Positions 48,771 through 59,289 of a DNA stretch of 64,000 bases are shown here, one piece after another; within the stretch, counting starts at the first letter, position 1; the number at the start of each line of letters is the position of its first letter. The notes below the pieces were generated by a model. That model saw only the letters and a program-made list of their open reading frames with translations, was not told the DNA's origin and ran no database searches. The position numbers and the translations under genes are program-made. This DNA comes from an uncultured Gammaproteobacteria bacterium (lineage in GTDB: Bacteria; Pseudomonadota; Gammaproteobacteria; Steroidobacterales; Steroidobacteraceae), in contig CAWIIM010000003.1 of the NCBI GenBank assembly GCA_963836275.1, positions 66,065-130,064 on the forward strand, given 5' to 3'.

Positions 48771-49996
48771 GCGCGCAGGACATCCTCTCGTGCGACGTCG
48801 CCATCGCCGGTGGCGGCATGGTCGGGCTCTCGCTCGCGGCCGCGCTCGGGCAGCTGCCACTCGATGTTGCGGTAATCGAGCCGGTCGCGGCCGATGCCGA
48901 GGAGCAGCCGAGCTTCGATTCGCGCACCACCGCCCTCTCGAACGGCAGCCGCCGCGTGCTCGAGGGCATCGGCGCCTGGGCTGCGGTTGCGGGCCAGGCG
49001 ACGCCGATCCGCCGCATCCACGTCTCCCAACGGGGCGTCTTCGGCACGGCAATCCTCACGGCCGAAGAGCAGGGCGTAGCGGCCCTCGGTCACACGGTCG
49101 AAAACAGGCTGCTCGGCCGGGCGCTGCGCGACCGGGTTGCCGGCCATCGGCGGGTGCGCCAGCTGCCCGCAAGGGTCGTCCGGCTCGAGAACGGCGCCGG
49201 CGCCATCCGGCTTGAGACGGACGCCGGTCACGCGATCGACGCGAGACTCGTGGTCGCGGCCGACGGGGCGCGGTCCGCCGTGCGCGCGGCCCTCGGCGTC
49301 GCCGCGAGCGTCGAGGACTACGGCCAGCAGGCGGTCGCCGCGCACCTCGACACGGCCCGCTTCCACGAGTACACGGCATTCGAGCGCTTCACGCCCGACG
49401 GCCCGCTCGCGGTGCTGCCGATTGGCGAAGGGCGCTCGTCCGTGGTCTGGACGCTCGCGCCTGGCGCCGCGCGGCGCGCGCTCGAGCTCTGCGATGACGC
49501 TTTCATCGCGCGCCTTCAGGCGGCATTCGGGTTGCGCCTCGGCCGATTCAATCGCGTCGGACGACGGCAGGCCTACCCGCTCGCATTGACGCAATCGGAA
49601 CGCCTCACGGCGCCGCGCGCCGCGATCCTCGGCAATGCCGCCCAGTCGCTGCACCCGGTGGCGGGCCAGGGTTTCAACCTGGCGCTGCGCGACGTCGCCA
49701 TGCTTGCGGAGTTGCTCGCCGACGCGGCAGGCGGCGACCCCGGTGGGCCTGCGCTGCTCGCGCGCTACGGCGACTGGCGGGCGCCGGACCGCAGCGCCGT
49801 CATCCGCTTCACGGATTCGCTGGTGCGCGGTTTCGGCCTGGACATTGCGCCGCTCGCGCTGGCGCGTGGCCAGGGCCTGCTCCTGTTTGACCTGCTGCGC
49901 CCGGTCAAGCACGAATTTGCGCGCCGCACGATGGGCCTTTCCGGCCGGCAGCCGCGGCTCGTGCGCGGCCTGCCGCTCGCGCACGCGCAGGGATGA
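48767..49996 (+). CDS. ubiH: 2-octaprenyl-6-methoxyphenol hydroxylase (FAD-dependent)
   Basis: GTG start overlapping the pepP stop. DVAIAGGGMVGLSLAAAL (GxGxxG), ...GNAAQSLHPVAGQGFNL.LRD... Confidence 0.85.
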   Translation: MSAQDILSCDVAIAGGGMVGLSLAAALGQLPLDVAVIEPVAADAEEQPSFDSRTTALSNGSRRVLEGIGAWAAVAGQATPIRRIHVSQRGVFGTAILTAEEQGVAALGHTVENRLLGRALRDRVAGHRRVRQLPARVVRLENGAGAIRLETDAGHAIDARLVVAADGARSAVRAALGVAASVEDYGQQAVAAHLDTARFHEYTAFERFTPDGPLAVLPIGEGRSSVVWTLAPGAARRALELCDDAFIARLQAAFGLRLGRFNRVGRRQAYPLALTQSERLTAPRAAILGNAAQSLHPVAGQGFNLALRDVAMLAELLADAAGGDPGGPALLARYGDWRAPDRSAVIRFTDSLVRGFGLDIAPLALARGQGLLLFDLLRPVKHEFARRTMGLSGRQPRLVRGLPLAHAQG

Positions 49997-51225
49997 AGCG
50001 GGACTTCGACGTCGTAGTCGTCGGCGGCGCGATGGCAGGCGCCGGTACCGCCGCGCTCCTTGCTGCGATGCCCGCGACGCGGGACCTTCGCATTGCGCTC
50101 GTCGAGCCGCGGCCGGCCGCAGCGCCCGCGCAGGATGAGCCGCTCGACCTTCGCGTGTCGGCGCTGTCCCGCGCGTCGCAGGAACTCCTCGAGCGCACCG
50201 GCGCCTGGCCAGCCGTAGCCGCCCGCGCCGCGCCCTATCACCGCATGGTGGTCTGGGAGCAGCGGCAGGAACCCGCGGGTCCCGGCTCGCTCGTGTTCGA
50301 CGCGGCAGAGCTCGGCGAGCCGGACCTCGGTCACATCGGCGAAAACCGGAGCATCCAGGCCGCGCTCACGGGGCGGGCCGAGGCGCAGGGGGCCGTGCTC
50401 ATTCGCGCGGACTTTGCGACGCTGGAGGCGACGCGCGATGCCGTACGCATCGGCCTCGGCGACGGACGCGAGTTCCGCGCCGGGCTCGTGGTCGGCGCGG
50501 ACGGCGCCGGGTCCGCCGTGCGCCGGCAAGCGGGCATCGGGACCCGCGGCCGGGACTACGGCCAGCGCGCCGTGGTCGCGCACCTTGCGACCGGGAAGCC
50601 GCATGCCGCCACCGCCTGGCAGCGCTTTCTCGACACGGGCCCCCTCGCGCTGCTGCCGCTCGCGGACGGGCGCGTGTCGCTGGTCTGGTCGACGCTGCCC
50701 GAAGAAGCGCAAGCACTGGTACAGCTCGACGACGCCGGCTTCGGGCGCAGGGTGACGGAAGCTTCGGCCGGCGTGCTGGGCGAGCTCGCACCGACAACGC
50801 AACGGGCGTCGTTCCCGCTCCGGCTCCTGCACGCGAATCGATACGCGGCCGAGCGCGTCGTCCTGGTCGGCGACGCCGCTCACACGGTGCATCCGCTCGC
50901 CGGCCAGGGCATCAACCTGGCCTTCCTCGACGCGGCCGCCCTGGTCGACGTGGTGGGCGACGCGGTCGCGTCAGGCGACGACCCGGGCGAGGCGCGCGCG
51001 CTACGGCGCTACGAGCGCTGGCGCAAGGCCGAGGCGCTCGCGGCGATCGCGCTGCTCGACGGCACCCAGCGCCTGTTCTTCGGCGGCAGCGCGCTCAAGT
51101 CACGGCTGCGCCAGACTGCGCTCGGGCTGGCACAGTCCTCGGGTACGGCCAAGCGCCTGCTGATGCAGCGGGCCCTCGGAGTGACAGGCGAGCTGCCGGC
51201 GTCCGTGCGCCGGGCGCCGTCATGA
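49993..51225 (+). CDS. ubiI: UbiI/VisC-type FAD-dependent ubiquinone biosynthesis hydroxylase
   Basis: DVVVVGGAMAGAGTA..., ...GDAAHTVHPLAGQGINL.F.D... Position after ubiH as in E. coli. The UbiI versus UbiF assignment is by synteny only. Confidence 0.8.
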   Translation: MKRDFDVVVVGGAMAGAGTAALLAAMPATRDLRIALVEPRPAAAPAQDEPLDLRVSALSRASQELLERTGAWPAVAARAAPYHRMVVWEQRQEPAGPGSLVFDAAELGEPDLGHIGENRSIQAALTGRAEAQGAVLIRADFATLEATRDAVRIGLGDGREFRAGLVVGADGAGSAVRRQAGIGTRGRDYGQRAVVAHLATGKPHAATAWQRFLDTGPLALLPLADGRVSLVWSTLPEEAQALVQLDDAGFGRRVTEASAGVLGELAPTTQRASFPLRLLHANRYAAERVVLVGDAAHTVHPLAGQGINLAFLDAAALVDVVGDAVASGDDPGEARALRRYERWRKAEALAAIALLDGTQRLFFGGSALKSRLRQTALGLAQSSGTAKRLLMQRALGVTGELPASVRRAPS

Positions 51226-52782
51226 GCGCAGATCGGCGTCCCTGGTTTCACCGAGGGCGACGAGGCCGATGACGCCGCTCATCGCGGCGACGGCGATCGG
51301 GTACCACAGCCCGTAGTAGATGTTCCCTGAGAGCACGACGAGCGCCGCGGCGATGAATGGCAGGAAGCCGCCGAACCAGCCGTTGCCGATGTGGTACGGC
51401 AGGCTCATCGACGAATACCGGATCCGCGTCGGGAACAGTTCGACCAGGAAGGCGGCGATCGGGCCGTACACCATCGTCACGTAGAGCATCAGCACGACCA
51501 GCAGCGCCAGTGTCAGCGCCCAGTTGATGCGCGCAGGATCGGGCTTTGCGGGATAGCCGGCGGCGTCGAGCGCCGCCCGGTAGGCGGCCTCGTCGTAGCC
51601 GGAAATCTGCGTGCCGCCGATCCGGGTCATCACGCCATGGACTGCTTTCGGCGGCACGCGCTCGTAGCTGACGCCGACCTTGGTCAGGAAATCGCGCGCC
51701 CGGTCGCAGTCAGAGGCCGGTTTCGCAAACACGTGGAAATGGCAGTCGGTGCCCGCGACCGTCACGGCCGCGCGCGCCTGGAACTCGGCGAGCGCCGGGT
51801 TCACCGAGTGCGTGAGCCCTTTGAAGATCGGGATGAAGGTGAACGCGGCGAGCAGGCAGCCCGCCACCAGGATGCGCTTGCGGCCGATGCGATCCGAGAG
51901 CCTGCCGAAGACCACGAAGAACGGCGTGCCGATCGCGAGCGCGGCGGCGATCAGCAGGTAGGCCGTCTGGAAGTCGAGCTTCAGCGTGTTTTGCAGGAAG
52001 AAAAGCGCGTAGAACTGGCCCGTGTACCAGATAACGCCCTGTCCGGCGGTCGCGCCGAGGAGCGCGAGCAGCACGATGCGTGCATTCCGCCACTGCCCGA
52101 AGCTTTCGGTCAGCGGCCCCTTCGAGAGCCGGCCCTGTGCCTTCATCTCGACGAATACCGGCGACTCCTTCAGCTTCAGCCGGATGTAGACCGACATCGC
52201 GAGCAGCGCGACCGACACCAGGAAAGGCAGGCGCCAGCCGAAGGACCTGAATCCCTCTTCGCCGAAACCGAGCCTGCAGGCGAGGATGACGGCGAGTGAA
52301 AGGAAGAACCCGAGCGTCGCCGTGGTCTGGATCCAGCTGGTGTAATAGCCGCGCCGGCCGGGCGGGGCGTGCTCGGCGACGTAAGTCGCGGCGCCGCCGT
52401 ACTCGCCGCCGAGCGCGAGACCCTGGGCGAGTCGCAGGCTGACGAGCAGGATCGGCGCCCAGATTCCGATCTGCGCGTAGGTCGGCAGCACCCCGACCAG
52501 GGCGGTCGAGAGTCCCATGACGACGATCGTGATCAGGAACGTGTACTTGCGCCCGACCAGGTCGCCGATGCGCCCGAAGACGAGTGCGCCGAGCGGGCGC
52601 ACCGCGAAACCCGCGCCGAATGTCGCCAGGCTCGCGAGAAAGGCCGCGGTGTCGTTGCCCGGCGGAAAGAAGAGCGCCGAGAAGAACACGGCGAGCGTGC
52701 CGTAGAGATAGAAATCGTACCACTCGAATACCGTGCCGAGCGCAGACGCGAAGATGACCTTGCGGTGCGCGGCGTCGATCAC
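51220..52782 (-). CDS. MFS transporter (MHS/ProP-like) with a ~95-aa soluble insertion
   Basis: GTG start (GTGA overlap with the phhB stop). ...FEWYDFYLYG..., ...RPLGALVFGRIGDLVGRK..., ...LAQGLALGGEYGGA... The non-hydrophobic insert is at residues ~325-420 (about nt 51523-51810). Confidence 0.85.
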   Translation of the reverse strand: MIDAAHRKVIFASALGTVFEWYDFYLYGTLAVFFSALFFPPGNDTAAFLASLATFGAGFAVRPLGALVFGRIGDLVGRKYTFLITIVVMGLSTALVGVLPTYAQIGIWAPILLVSLRLAQGLALGGEYGGAATYVAEHAPPGRRGYYTSWIQTTATLGFFLSLAVILACRLGFGEEGFRSFGWRLPFLVSVALLAMSVYIRLKLKESPVFVEMKAQGRLSKGPLTESFGQWRNARIVLLALLGATAGQGVIWYTGQFYALFFLQNTLKLDFQTAYLLIAAALAIGTPFFVVFGRLSDRIGRKRILVAGCLLAAFTFIPIFKGLTHSVNPALAEFQARAAVTVAGTDCHFHVFAKPASDCDRARDFLTKVGVSYERVPPKAVHGVMTRIGGTQISGYDEAAYRAALDAAGYPAKPDPARINWALTLALLVVLMLYVTMVYGPIAAFLVELFPTRIRYSSMSLPYHIGNGWFGGFLPFIAAALVVLSGNIYYGLWYPIAVAAMSGVIGLVALGETRDADLRS

Positions 52783-53111
52783 AGCAGCGCGTCCGCCTTG
52801 GCGGCGCAGATGAAGTCGTTGTCGGAGAGCCCGCCGATCGCATGCGTCGAGTAGCGCACGCGGCAGTAGTTGTAGCCGACCTCGAGATCCGGGTGGTGGT
52901 CCTCGACGTTGGCCACGTGGGCCAGCGCGTTGACGAAGCTCATCGTGCGCCAGAAATCCGGGAACCTGAGCTCGCGGCGGATGGCCTTGCCGTCCTCGAC
53001 CAGCCGCCAGTCGGCATGAAGCAGCTCCATCATCTCCGCCGCCCGCTTCGGGTCGAGCGGCCTGACGCCGCCCTCGCAGGGCGTGCATTTGCGTTCCTTC
53101 AGGGCATCCAT
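52779..53111 (-). CDS. phhB: Pterin-4-alpha-carbinolamine dehydratase
   Basis: 110 aa, ...C.PC.....L...........W.....K.I.R...F.DF....FVN.....A....HHPD......N.V...L.TH..GGLS..DF..A... Confidence 0.88.
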   Translation of the reverse strand: MDALKERKCTPCEGGVRPLDPKRAAEMMELLHADWRLVEDGKAIRRELRFPDFWRTMSFVNALAHVANVEDHHPDLEVGYNYCRVRYSTHAIGGLSDNDFICAAKADALL

Positions 53112-54334
53112 CAGGCCTCCCGGCGCGCGTAGCGGCGCGCAACGTAGCGTTCGACCAGTTCCTGGAATTCCTCGGCGATACGCCCGCCCTTCAGGGTCAC
53201 GGTCTTCTCGCCGTCCTCGTACACCGGCGCAACCGGGCGCTCGCCGGTGCCCGGCAGGCTGATGCCGATGTTCGCGTGCTTGCTCTCGCCGGGCCCGTTC
53301 ACCACGCAGCCCATGACCGCGACCGTCATGTTCTCCGCCCCGGCGTAATCGCGCCGCCAGGCGGGCATGCGCTCGCGCACGTGATCCTGGATGCGCTGCG
53401 CGAGCTCCTGGAAGTAGCTGCTGGTGGTGCGGCCGCAGCCGGGGCAGGCGACGACGCGCGGCAGGAAAGCGCGCAGCCCGAGGCTCTGCAGGATTTCCTG
53501 GGCCACTCGCACTTCCTGGCGCCGGTCGCCCCCCGGCTCTGGCGTCAGCGAAACGCGGATCGTGTCGCCGATGCCTTCCTGCAGCAGGACCGCGAGCGCC
53601 GCGGCCGAAGAAACGACGCCCTTGGCTCCCATGCCGGCTTCCGTGAGCCCGAGATGCAGCGGATAGTCGCAGCGCGCCGCGAGCGCGCGATAGATCGCGA
53701 TCAGGTCCTGCACGCCGCTGACCTTGGAACTGATCACGATCGCGTCGTGGGCGAGGCCGAGTTCCTCGGCGCGCGCGGCGGATGCGAGCGCGGAGACGAC
53801 GGTCGCCTCGCGCAGCACCGCGAGCGCATCCAGCGGCTCGGGCGCGCGCGAGTTCTCGTCCATCATGCGGGTCAGCAGGTCCTGGTCGAGGCTGCCCCAG
53901 TTGACGCCGATGCGGACCGGCTTGCGGTGGCGGCAGGCGGTCTCGATCATGGCCGCGAACTGCGGGTCGCGTTTGCTGCCGCGCCCGACGTTGCCGGGGT
54001 TGATGCGGTACTTGTCGAGCGCTTGCGCGCAGTCCGGGTGGGCCGCGAGCAGCTTGTGGCCGTTGAAATGGAAGTCGCCGACGATCGGGACGACGCAGCC
54101 TTGCGAGCGCAGTCGGTCGCGGATGAGCGGGACGGCCGCCGCCGCCTCGTCCGTATTCACGGTGATGCGCACCAGTTCCGATCCCGCCTCGGCGAGCTCG
54201 CGCACCTGCCGTGCCGTCGCCGCGACGTCGGCCGTGTCGGTGTTGGTCATCGACTGCACGACGACCGGCGTGTCGCCGCCCACCGTGACGGCGCCGATGC
54301 GGACAGCGACCGCGTGGCGGCGCGGCGCGATCAC
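53111..54334 (-). CDS. ispG: 4-hydroxy-3-methylbut-2-en-1-yl diphosphate synthase (flavodoxin)
   Basis: ...[24 protein letters not shown]...L..AG.ELVR.TV....AA.A.P...., ...[10 protein letters not shown]..., C-terminal ...VACPGCGRT... and ...[13 protein letters not shown]... Confidence 0.93.
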   Translation of the reverse strand: MIAPRRHAVAVRIGAVTVGGDTPVVVQSMTNTDTADVAATARQVRELAEAGSELVRITVNTDEAAAAVPLIRDRLRSQGCVVPIVGDFHFNGHKLLAAHPDCAQALDKYRINPGNVGRGSKRDPQFAAMIETACRHRKPVRIGVNWGSLDQDLLTRMMDENSRAPEPLDALAVLREATVVSALASAARAEELGLAHDAIVISSKVSGVQDLIAIYRALAARCDYPLHLGLTEAGMGAKGVVSSAAALAVLLQEGIGDTIRVSLTPEPGGDRRQEVRVAQEILQSLGLRAFLPRVVACPGCGRTTSSYFQELAQRIQDHVRERMPAWRRDYAGAENMTVAVMGCVVNGPGESKHANIGISLPGTGERPVAPVYEDGEKTVTLKGGRIAEEFQELVERYVARRYARREA

Positions 54335-56088
54335 TGCGCCTTCTGGGTCGCGATCCAGTCGTCCACGTTCCGCTCGAGGATATCGAGCGGGACGGCGCCG
54401 GTCGCGAGCACGGCGTCGTGGAAGGCGCGGATGTCGAACTTCCCGCCGAGCGCGGCCTTCGCGCGCTCGCGCAACTCAAGCAGCTTCAGCTGGCCGATCT
54501 TGTAGGCGAGCGCCTGGCCCGGATCCGAGATGTAGCGGTCGATCTCGTTGACGATATCGGCCTCGGTCTTGGCCGCATTCGCCATGAAATAGTCGATGGC
54601 CTGCTGGCGGGTCCATTTCATGTAGTGCAGGCCGGTGTCGACGACCAGCCGGATCGCGCGCCACTGGTCGTAGGTGAGCTGGCCGAAGCGCGAGTAGGGG
54701 TCCTTGTAGAGCCCGAGGTCGTAGCCGAGGCGCTCGGAATACAGGCCCCAGCCCTCGACGTAGGCTGTGTAGCCGCCGGCTCGCCGGAAAGTCGGCAGGT
54801 CGGTCTGCTCCTGCGCGAGCGCGATCTGCAGGTGATGGCCGGGCGCCGCCTCGTGCGCGGTGAGGACCTCCATTTCCCACTTCGGCCGCACCTCGGGCCG
54901 GTACAGGTTCACGTAGTAGTAGCCCGGGCGCGTGCCGTCGATGGACGGGCCCTGGTAATAGGCCGTCGTCGTGTTGGGGGCGCTGTTGTCCGGAATCGGC
55001 CGTATGCCGAAGGGCGTGCGGTAGAGCTTGCCGAACAGCCGCGGCAGTTCGGGATCGATCTGCTTCGTGATGACGGCGTAGCCGCGGAAAAGCTCCTCTC
55101 CCGTCTTGTAATAGAACCTCGGGTCGGTGCGCAGGAACTGGAAAAAATCGGCGAGCGAGCCCTTGAATCCGACCTCGTCCATCACCTTCTGCATCTCGGC
55201 GCGATTCCTGGCGACTTCCTTGAGCCCGATCGCGTGGATCTCCTCGGGCGAGAGCGTGGTCGTGGTGTGGTAGCGCGCGAGGTACTTGTAGTATTCGCGC
55301 CCGTCCGGCGTATCCCAGAGGCCGACTGTTTCGCGCGTGGCCGGCAGGTACTCGTCGCGGAATACGGCCTGGAATTTCCGGTAGGCCGGGATGACGGACC
55401 CGGCGATGACGCTTTTCGCCTCGGCAGTCAGGCGTTCGCGCTCAGACTGCGCGATGGCGTCGGGGTAGGCGCGGAAGGGAGCGAAGAAAGGGCTGTCTTC
55501 GGGCTTGTCGGCAACCTGCTTCGCAAGCGGCTCGAGCACCCGCTCCATGACGGCCCGCGGCTGCGTGCGCTTTTCCCTCGCGCCGCGGCGCAGCAGTTCG
55601 CCGTACTCGTCGAGGAACGCGGGAATCGCCTGCATGCGGCGGATCCAGGTCTCGTAGTCTGCTGCCGTCTCGAACGGCATGAGCCCGGCAAGTTCGTCGA
55701 GCGACTGCGGGCCGCTGCCCGCCTCGATCGAGTAGTACTCGCCGTGAAACGGGACGGCCTCTTTGCGGTTCTCGTACTCATGGCGGAACAGGTCGTAGTT
55801 GAGTTGCTCGGGCGCGGGCAGCGCGCCGCGCGGGATGCGCGCGAGCTCGTCGAGCACCGCGGCATCCGCCGCATCACGCGCCGCCTGGGCCGCGGGCGAG
55901 ATGTCCGGCAGCCGGTCGTTGTAGCGGGCATCGCCGAGGTAGGTCGCGGAAATGGGGTTGTCGACCAGGTCGCGCTCCCATTCGCGGTCGAACAGGGCAT
56001 GCAGGTCGGCGGTCGCATCCGCGAGCGCGGCTGCGGGCACGGCAACGAGCGCGGCGGCGAGGACGGACGGCGCGAGCATTCTGGACAT
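54331..56088 (-). CDS. Secreted DUF885-family protein (putative metallopeptidase fold)
   Basis: Signal peptide [23 protein letters not shown], ...YYVNLYRP..., ...[10 protein letters not shown]... (HExxH-like), ...[16 protein letters not shown]... Confidence 0.8.
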   Translation of the reverse strand: MSRMLAPSVLAAALVAVPAAALADATADLHALFDREWERDLVDNPISATYLGDARYNDRLPDISPAAQAARDAADAAVLDELARIPRGALPAPEQLNYDLFRHEYENRKEAVPFHGEYYSIEAGSGPQSLDELAGLMPFETAADYETWIRRMQAIPAFLDEYGELLRRGAREKRTQPRAVMERVLEPLAKQVADKPEDSPFFAPFRAYPDAIAQSERERLTAEAKSVIAGSVIPAYRKFQAVFRDEYLPATRETVGLWDTPDGREYYKYLARYHTTTTLSPEEIHAIGLKEVARNRAEMQKVMDEVGFKGSLADFFQFLRTDPRFYYKTGEELFRGYAVITKQIDPELPRLFGKLYRTPFGIRPIPDNSAPNTTTAYYQGPSIDGTRPGYYYVNLYRPEVRPKWEMEVLTAHEAAPGHHLQIALAQEQTDLPTFRRAGGYTAYVEGWGLYSERLGYDLGLYKDPYSRFGQLTYDQWRAIRLVVDTGLHYMKWTRQQAIDYFMANAAKTEADIVNEIDRYISDPGQALAYKIGQLKLLELRERAKAALGGKFDIRAFHDAVLATGAVPLDILERNVDDWIATQKAQ

Positions 56089-56177
56089 GCGGCGGGCTCC
56101 GGCTGAAGGCCTGTTCCGGGCGCGACTATACCCTGTGCACGCGGGCGCTTTCCGCTAGAATCCCCCGGTCGCAACAA

Positions 56178-56387
56178 GGTCCTGCCGGAGAGTCCGCGCA
56201 CGCGCGGCGCCGAAGGCGCAACCCGCCCGGAAACGCTCAGGCACCCGAACGGCAGGAACCGGCGAACTCTGGAGAGTGGTCCGTGAGGACCCACCGAAGG
56301 GGAGCGGAACCGGTTCAGGGCCGGTACTCAATCTCTCAGGTTTCAGGACAGAGGGGCGGCGGACCGGTGGGTCCGCCGCCTTTTTTG
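56178..56387 (+). promoter_or_regulatory. Tandem glycine riboswitch (two aptamers) plus intrinsic terminator, upstream of gcvT
   Basis: Aptamer 1: CCTGCCGGAGAGTCC...GGCGCCGAAGGCGCAA...CTCAGGCA...GGCAGG. Aptamer 2: CTCTGGAGAGTGG...CACCGAAGGGGAGC...CTCAGGTTTCAGGACAGAG. Then GGCGGCGGACC-GGTG-GGTCCGCCGCC followed by TTTTTT (about 56356-56386). Confidence 0.9.
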
Positions 56388-56414
56388 TGGCCACGAATGA
56401 CTTCGGGAAGACCG

Positions 56415-57503
56415 ATGGGACGACGGACACCGCTTTACGAGCTGCACGTCGCCGCCGGCGCGCGCATGGTGGACTTCGGCGGCTGGGACATGCCGGTCGC
56501 CTACGGCTCGCAGATCGAGGAGCACCATGCGGTGCGCCGCAGCGCGGGCATGTTCGACGTTTCGCACATGTGCTCGGTGGACCTGCGCGGCGTGGGCGTG
56601 CGCCCGCTCCTGCAGCGGCTGCTCGCGAACGATGTCGGCCGGCTGACAGCGCCCGGGAAGGCCCTATATACCTGCATGCTGCGCGCCGACGGCGGCGTCC
56701 TCGACGACCTGATCGCGTGTTATCTCGACGAGAAATGGTTCCGGCTCGTCGTCAATGCGGGCACCGCGGACAAGGATATCGCCTGGATCAGGGAACACGC
56801 GAAACAGATCGGCGTTGCCGTGGTGCCGCGCCGGGACCTCGCGATCATCGCCGTGCAGGGGCCGCAGGCGCGCGCCCGGGTATTGCCGCTCCTTCCGGAG
56901 CTTGCGCGGACCGCCGCCGCCGAGCTCGGCGTCTTTTTCGGCGCCGCCTTCGACGACTGGTTCGTCTCGCGCACCGGCTACACTGGCGAGGACGGCTTTG
57001 AAATCTCGCTGCCCGCCGAAGCCGCCTCCGGCTTCTGGGACGCGCTCGCAGCCGCCGGCGTCGCGCGCTGCGGGCTCGGCGCGCGCGACACGCTGCGGCT
57101 CGAGGCCGGCATGAACCTGTACGGCAACGACATGGACGAGACGGTGAATCCGCTCGAGTCGGGCCTCTCCTGGACGGTTGCGCTCGAGGGCCATCGCGAC
57201 TTCATTGGCAAGGTGGCGCTGTTGGCGGCGCGCGAGGCCGGCGTGAAGCGCAGGCTCGCCGGCCTGCTGCTCGAGGGGCGAGGCGTCCTGCGCGCGCACC
57301 AGAAAGTCCTCGCCGGCGCGGCGGGCGAGGGCGAGCTCACGAGCGGGACTTTTTCGCCGACGCTGGAGCGCTCCATCGGCCTTGCGCGCCTGCCCGCCGC
57401 CGCCGAAGGCGCGGTCGAAGTCGAGATCCGCGGCCAGCGTATGCCCGCGCGCATCGTCAAGCCGCCGTTCGTCCGGAACGGCAAGTCCCGGATCGAATCC
57501 TAG
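56415..57503 (+). CDS. gcvT: Glycine cleavage system aminomethyltransferase T
   Basis: [52 protein letters not shown]... Confidence 0.93.
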   Translation: MGRRTPLYELHVAAGARMVDFGGWDMPVAYGSQIEEHHAVRRSAGMFDVSHMCSVDLRGVGVRPLLQRLLANDVGRLTAPGKALYTCMLRADGGVLDDLIACYLDEKWFRLVVNAGTADKDIAWIREHAKQIGVAVVPRRDLAIIAVQGPQARARVLPLLPELARTAAAELGVFFGAAFDDWFVSRTGYTGEDGFEISLPAEAASGFWDALAAAGVARCGLGARDTLRLEAGMNLYGNDMDETVNPLESGLSWTVALEGHRDFIGKVALLAAREAGVKRRLAGLLLEGRGVLRAHQKVLAGAAGEGELTSGTFSPTLERSIGLARLPAAAEGAVEVEIRGQRMPARIVKPPFVRNGKSRIES

Positions 57504-57519
57504 GAGCCCGGAGGGCCGC

Positions 57520-57912
57520 ATGAGCGAGACACCGAAGGACCGCCGCTACACGAAGAGCCACGAATGGCTGCGCCCGCTGCCGGACGGCGGCATCGAGGTC
57601 GGCATCACCGATCACGCGCAGCAGTCGCTCGGCGACCTCGTTTTCGTCGAGGTGCCCGAGGCCGGCCGCAAGCTGGCCGCGGGCGACGCCTGCGCCGTCG
57701 TCGAGTCGGTAAAGGCCGCCTCCGACGTGTACAGCCCGGTCGCGGGCGAGGTGACCGCAGGAAATCCGAAGCTTGCGGCCGAGCCCGAGCTCGTCAACCG
57801 TGACCCGTACGGCGAAGGCTGGATCCTGCGCCTCGCGCCCGCGGCCGCCGGCGCCGCGACCGAAACGCTCGACGCGGCCGGATACGACGCCGCGCTCGCC
57901 GCCGGAGGCTGA
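57520..57912 (+). CDS. gcvH: Glycine cleavage system H protein
   Basis: ...YTKSHEWL.....G....GITDHAQ..LGD.VFVE.PE.G........[14 protein letters not shown]... (lipoyl-lysine motif ESVKA). Confidence 0.93.
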   Translation: MSETPKDRRYTKSHEWLRPLPDGGIEVGITDHAQQSLGDLVFVEVPEAGRKLAAGDACAVVESVKAASDVYSPVAGEVTAGNPKLAAEPELVNRDPYGEGWILRLAPAAAGAATETLDAAGYDAALAAGG

Positions 57913-57913
57913 C

Positions 57914-59289
57914 GTGCCTTACATCCCGCATACGCCCGAGGACGTGCGCGCAATGCTCGGGCGCATCGGCGTCGGGGCCATCGAAGACCTTTTCGACGAA
58001 ATCCCGCCGGCGCTTCGGGTCGACGCGCTCCCCGGCGTGCCCGACGCGTTGCCGGAGATGGACATCGCGCGCCTCGCCGCCGAGCGCGCCCTGGAGGACG
58101 GCCGTCCGCTCAATTTCATCGGCGCGGGCGCCTACGAGCACCACATCCCGGCTCCGGTATGGGCGCTCGTCACGCGCGGCGAGATCTACAGCGCCTACAC
58201 GCCCTACCAGGCCGAGGCGAGCCAGGGGACGCTGCAGATCATGTACGAGTACCAGTCCATGATCGCCGGCCTGACGGGGATGGACGTTTCGAACGCCTCG
58301 CTCTACGACGGCGCATCGGCGCTTGCCGAGGCCTGCCTGATGGCCGTGCGCGCCCATCGGCGCTCGCGGGCCGCGCGCGTCCTGATGCCGGCGACCGTCA
58401 ACCCGGCCTGGCGGCGCGCGGCGCGGGCGATCACGGAGGGCCAGGGCCTCAGGCTCGAGCCCGTAAGCTACGACGCCGCGACCGGCCGCATCGACCTCGC
58501 CGCGCTCGCGGCGCACGCAGGCGAGGACATCACCGCTATCGTCGTGCAGCAGCCGAACTTCTTCGGCCAGCTCGAGGACGTGGACGCGCTCACGCGCTGG
58601 GCGCGCGCGAATGGCGCGCTCGTGATCGCGGCCGTGAACCCGGTCGCGCTCGCGCTGCTCAAGCCGCCCGGCGACTGGGGAGACGGCGGCGCCGACATCG
58701 CCTGCGGCGACGCGCCAGCCCTTCGGCGTGCCGCTGTCTTCGGGCGGTCCCTACGTCGGCTTCATGGCCTGCCGCATGGAGCACGTGCGCCAGATGCCGG
58801 GACGCATCGTCGGCCGCACCGTCGATATCGAGGGCAAGCCCGGCTTCACGCTGACCCTGCAGGCGCGCGAGCAGCACATCCGCCGCGCGAAGGCGACCTC
58901 CAACATCTGCACCAACCAGGGCCTGCTGGTCACGGCCGCGACCATTCACCTGGCGCTCCTCGGGCCGCAGGGCCTCGCGCGCGTCGCGCGCGCCTGCGTC
59001 GCGCGCACCGGCGAGCTGGTCGCGGCGCTGACGGGCCTTCCCGGCGTGCGCATGGTTTTCGCGGGGCCGCGATTCCACGAGGCCGTGTCTGGCGCTCGAC
59101 CGGCCGGCCGCGCCGGTGCTCGAGGCGCTCGCGGCGCAAGGCATCGTCGGCGGGCTCGAACTCGCCGGAGACTACCCGGAGCTCGGCCATGCATTCCTCG
59201 TCTGCGCGACCGAGACGCGCACGACCGCGGACATCGAAACGCTACGCGCGCGCGCTCGGCGAGCGTGCTGGCACCGGGCGGCGGCATGA
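57914..59289 (+). pseudogene. gcvPA: Glycine dehydrogenase (decarboxylating) subunit 1 (GcvPA), disrupted as assembled by two +1 frameshifts
   Basis: GTG start (V)[18 protein letters not shown]... The homology runs in frame 0 to ...GADIACGDA (extra nt near 58715). It continues in frame +1 as [20 protein letters not shown]...GPRFHEAV (extra nt near 59088), then in frame +2 as [50 protein letters not shown]... to the TGA at 59287-59289, which forms an ATGA overlap with gcvPB. Confidence 0.85.
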
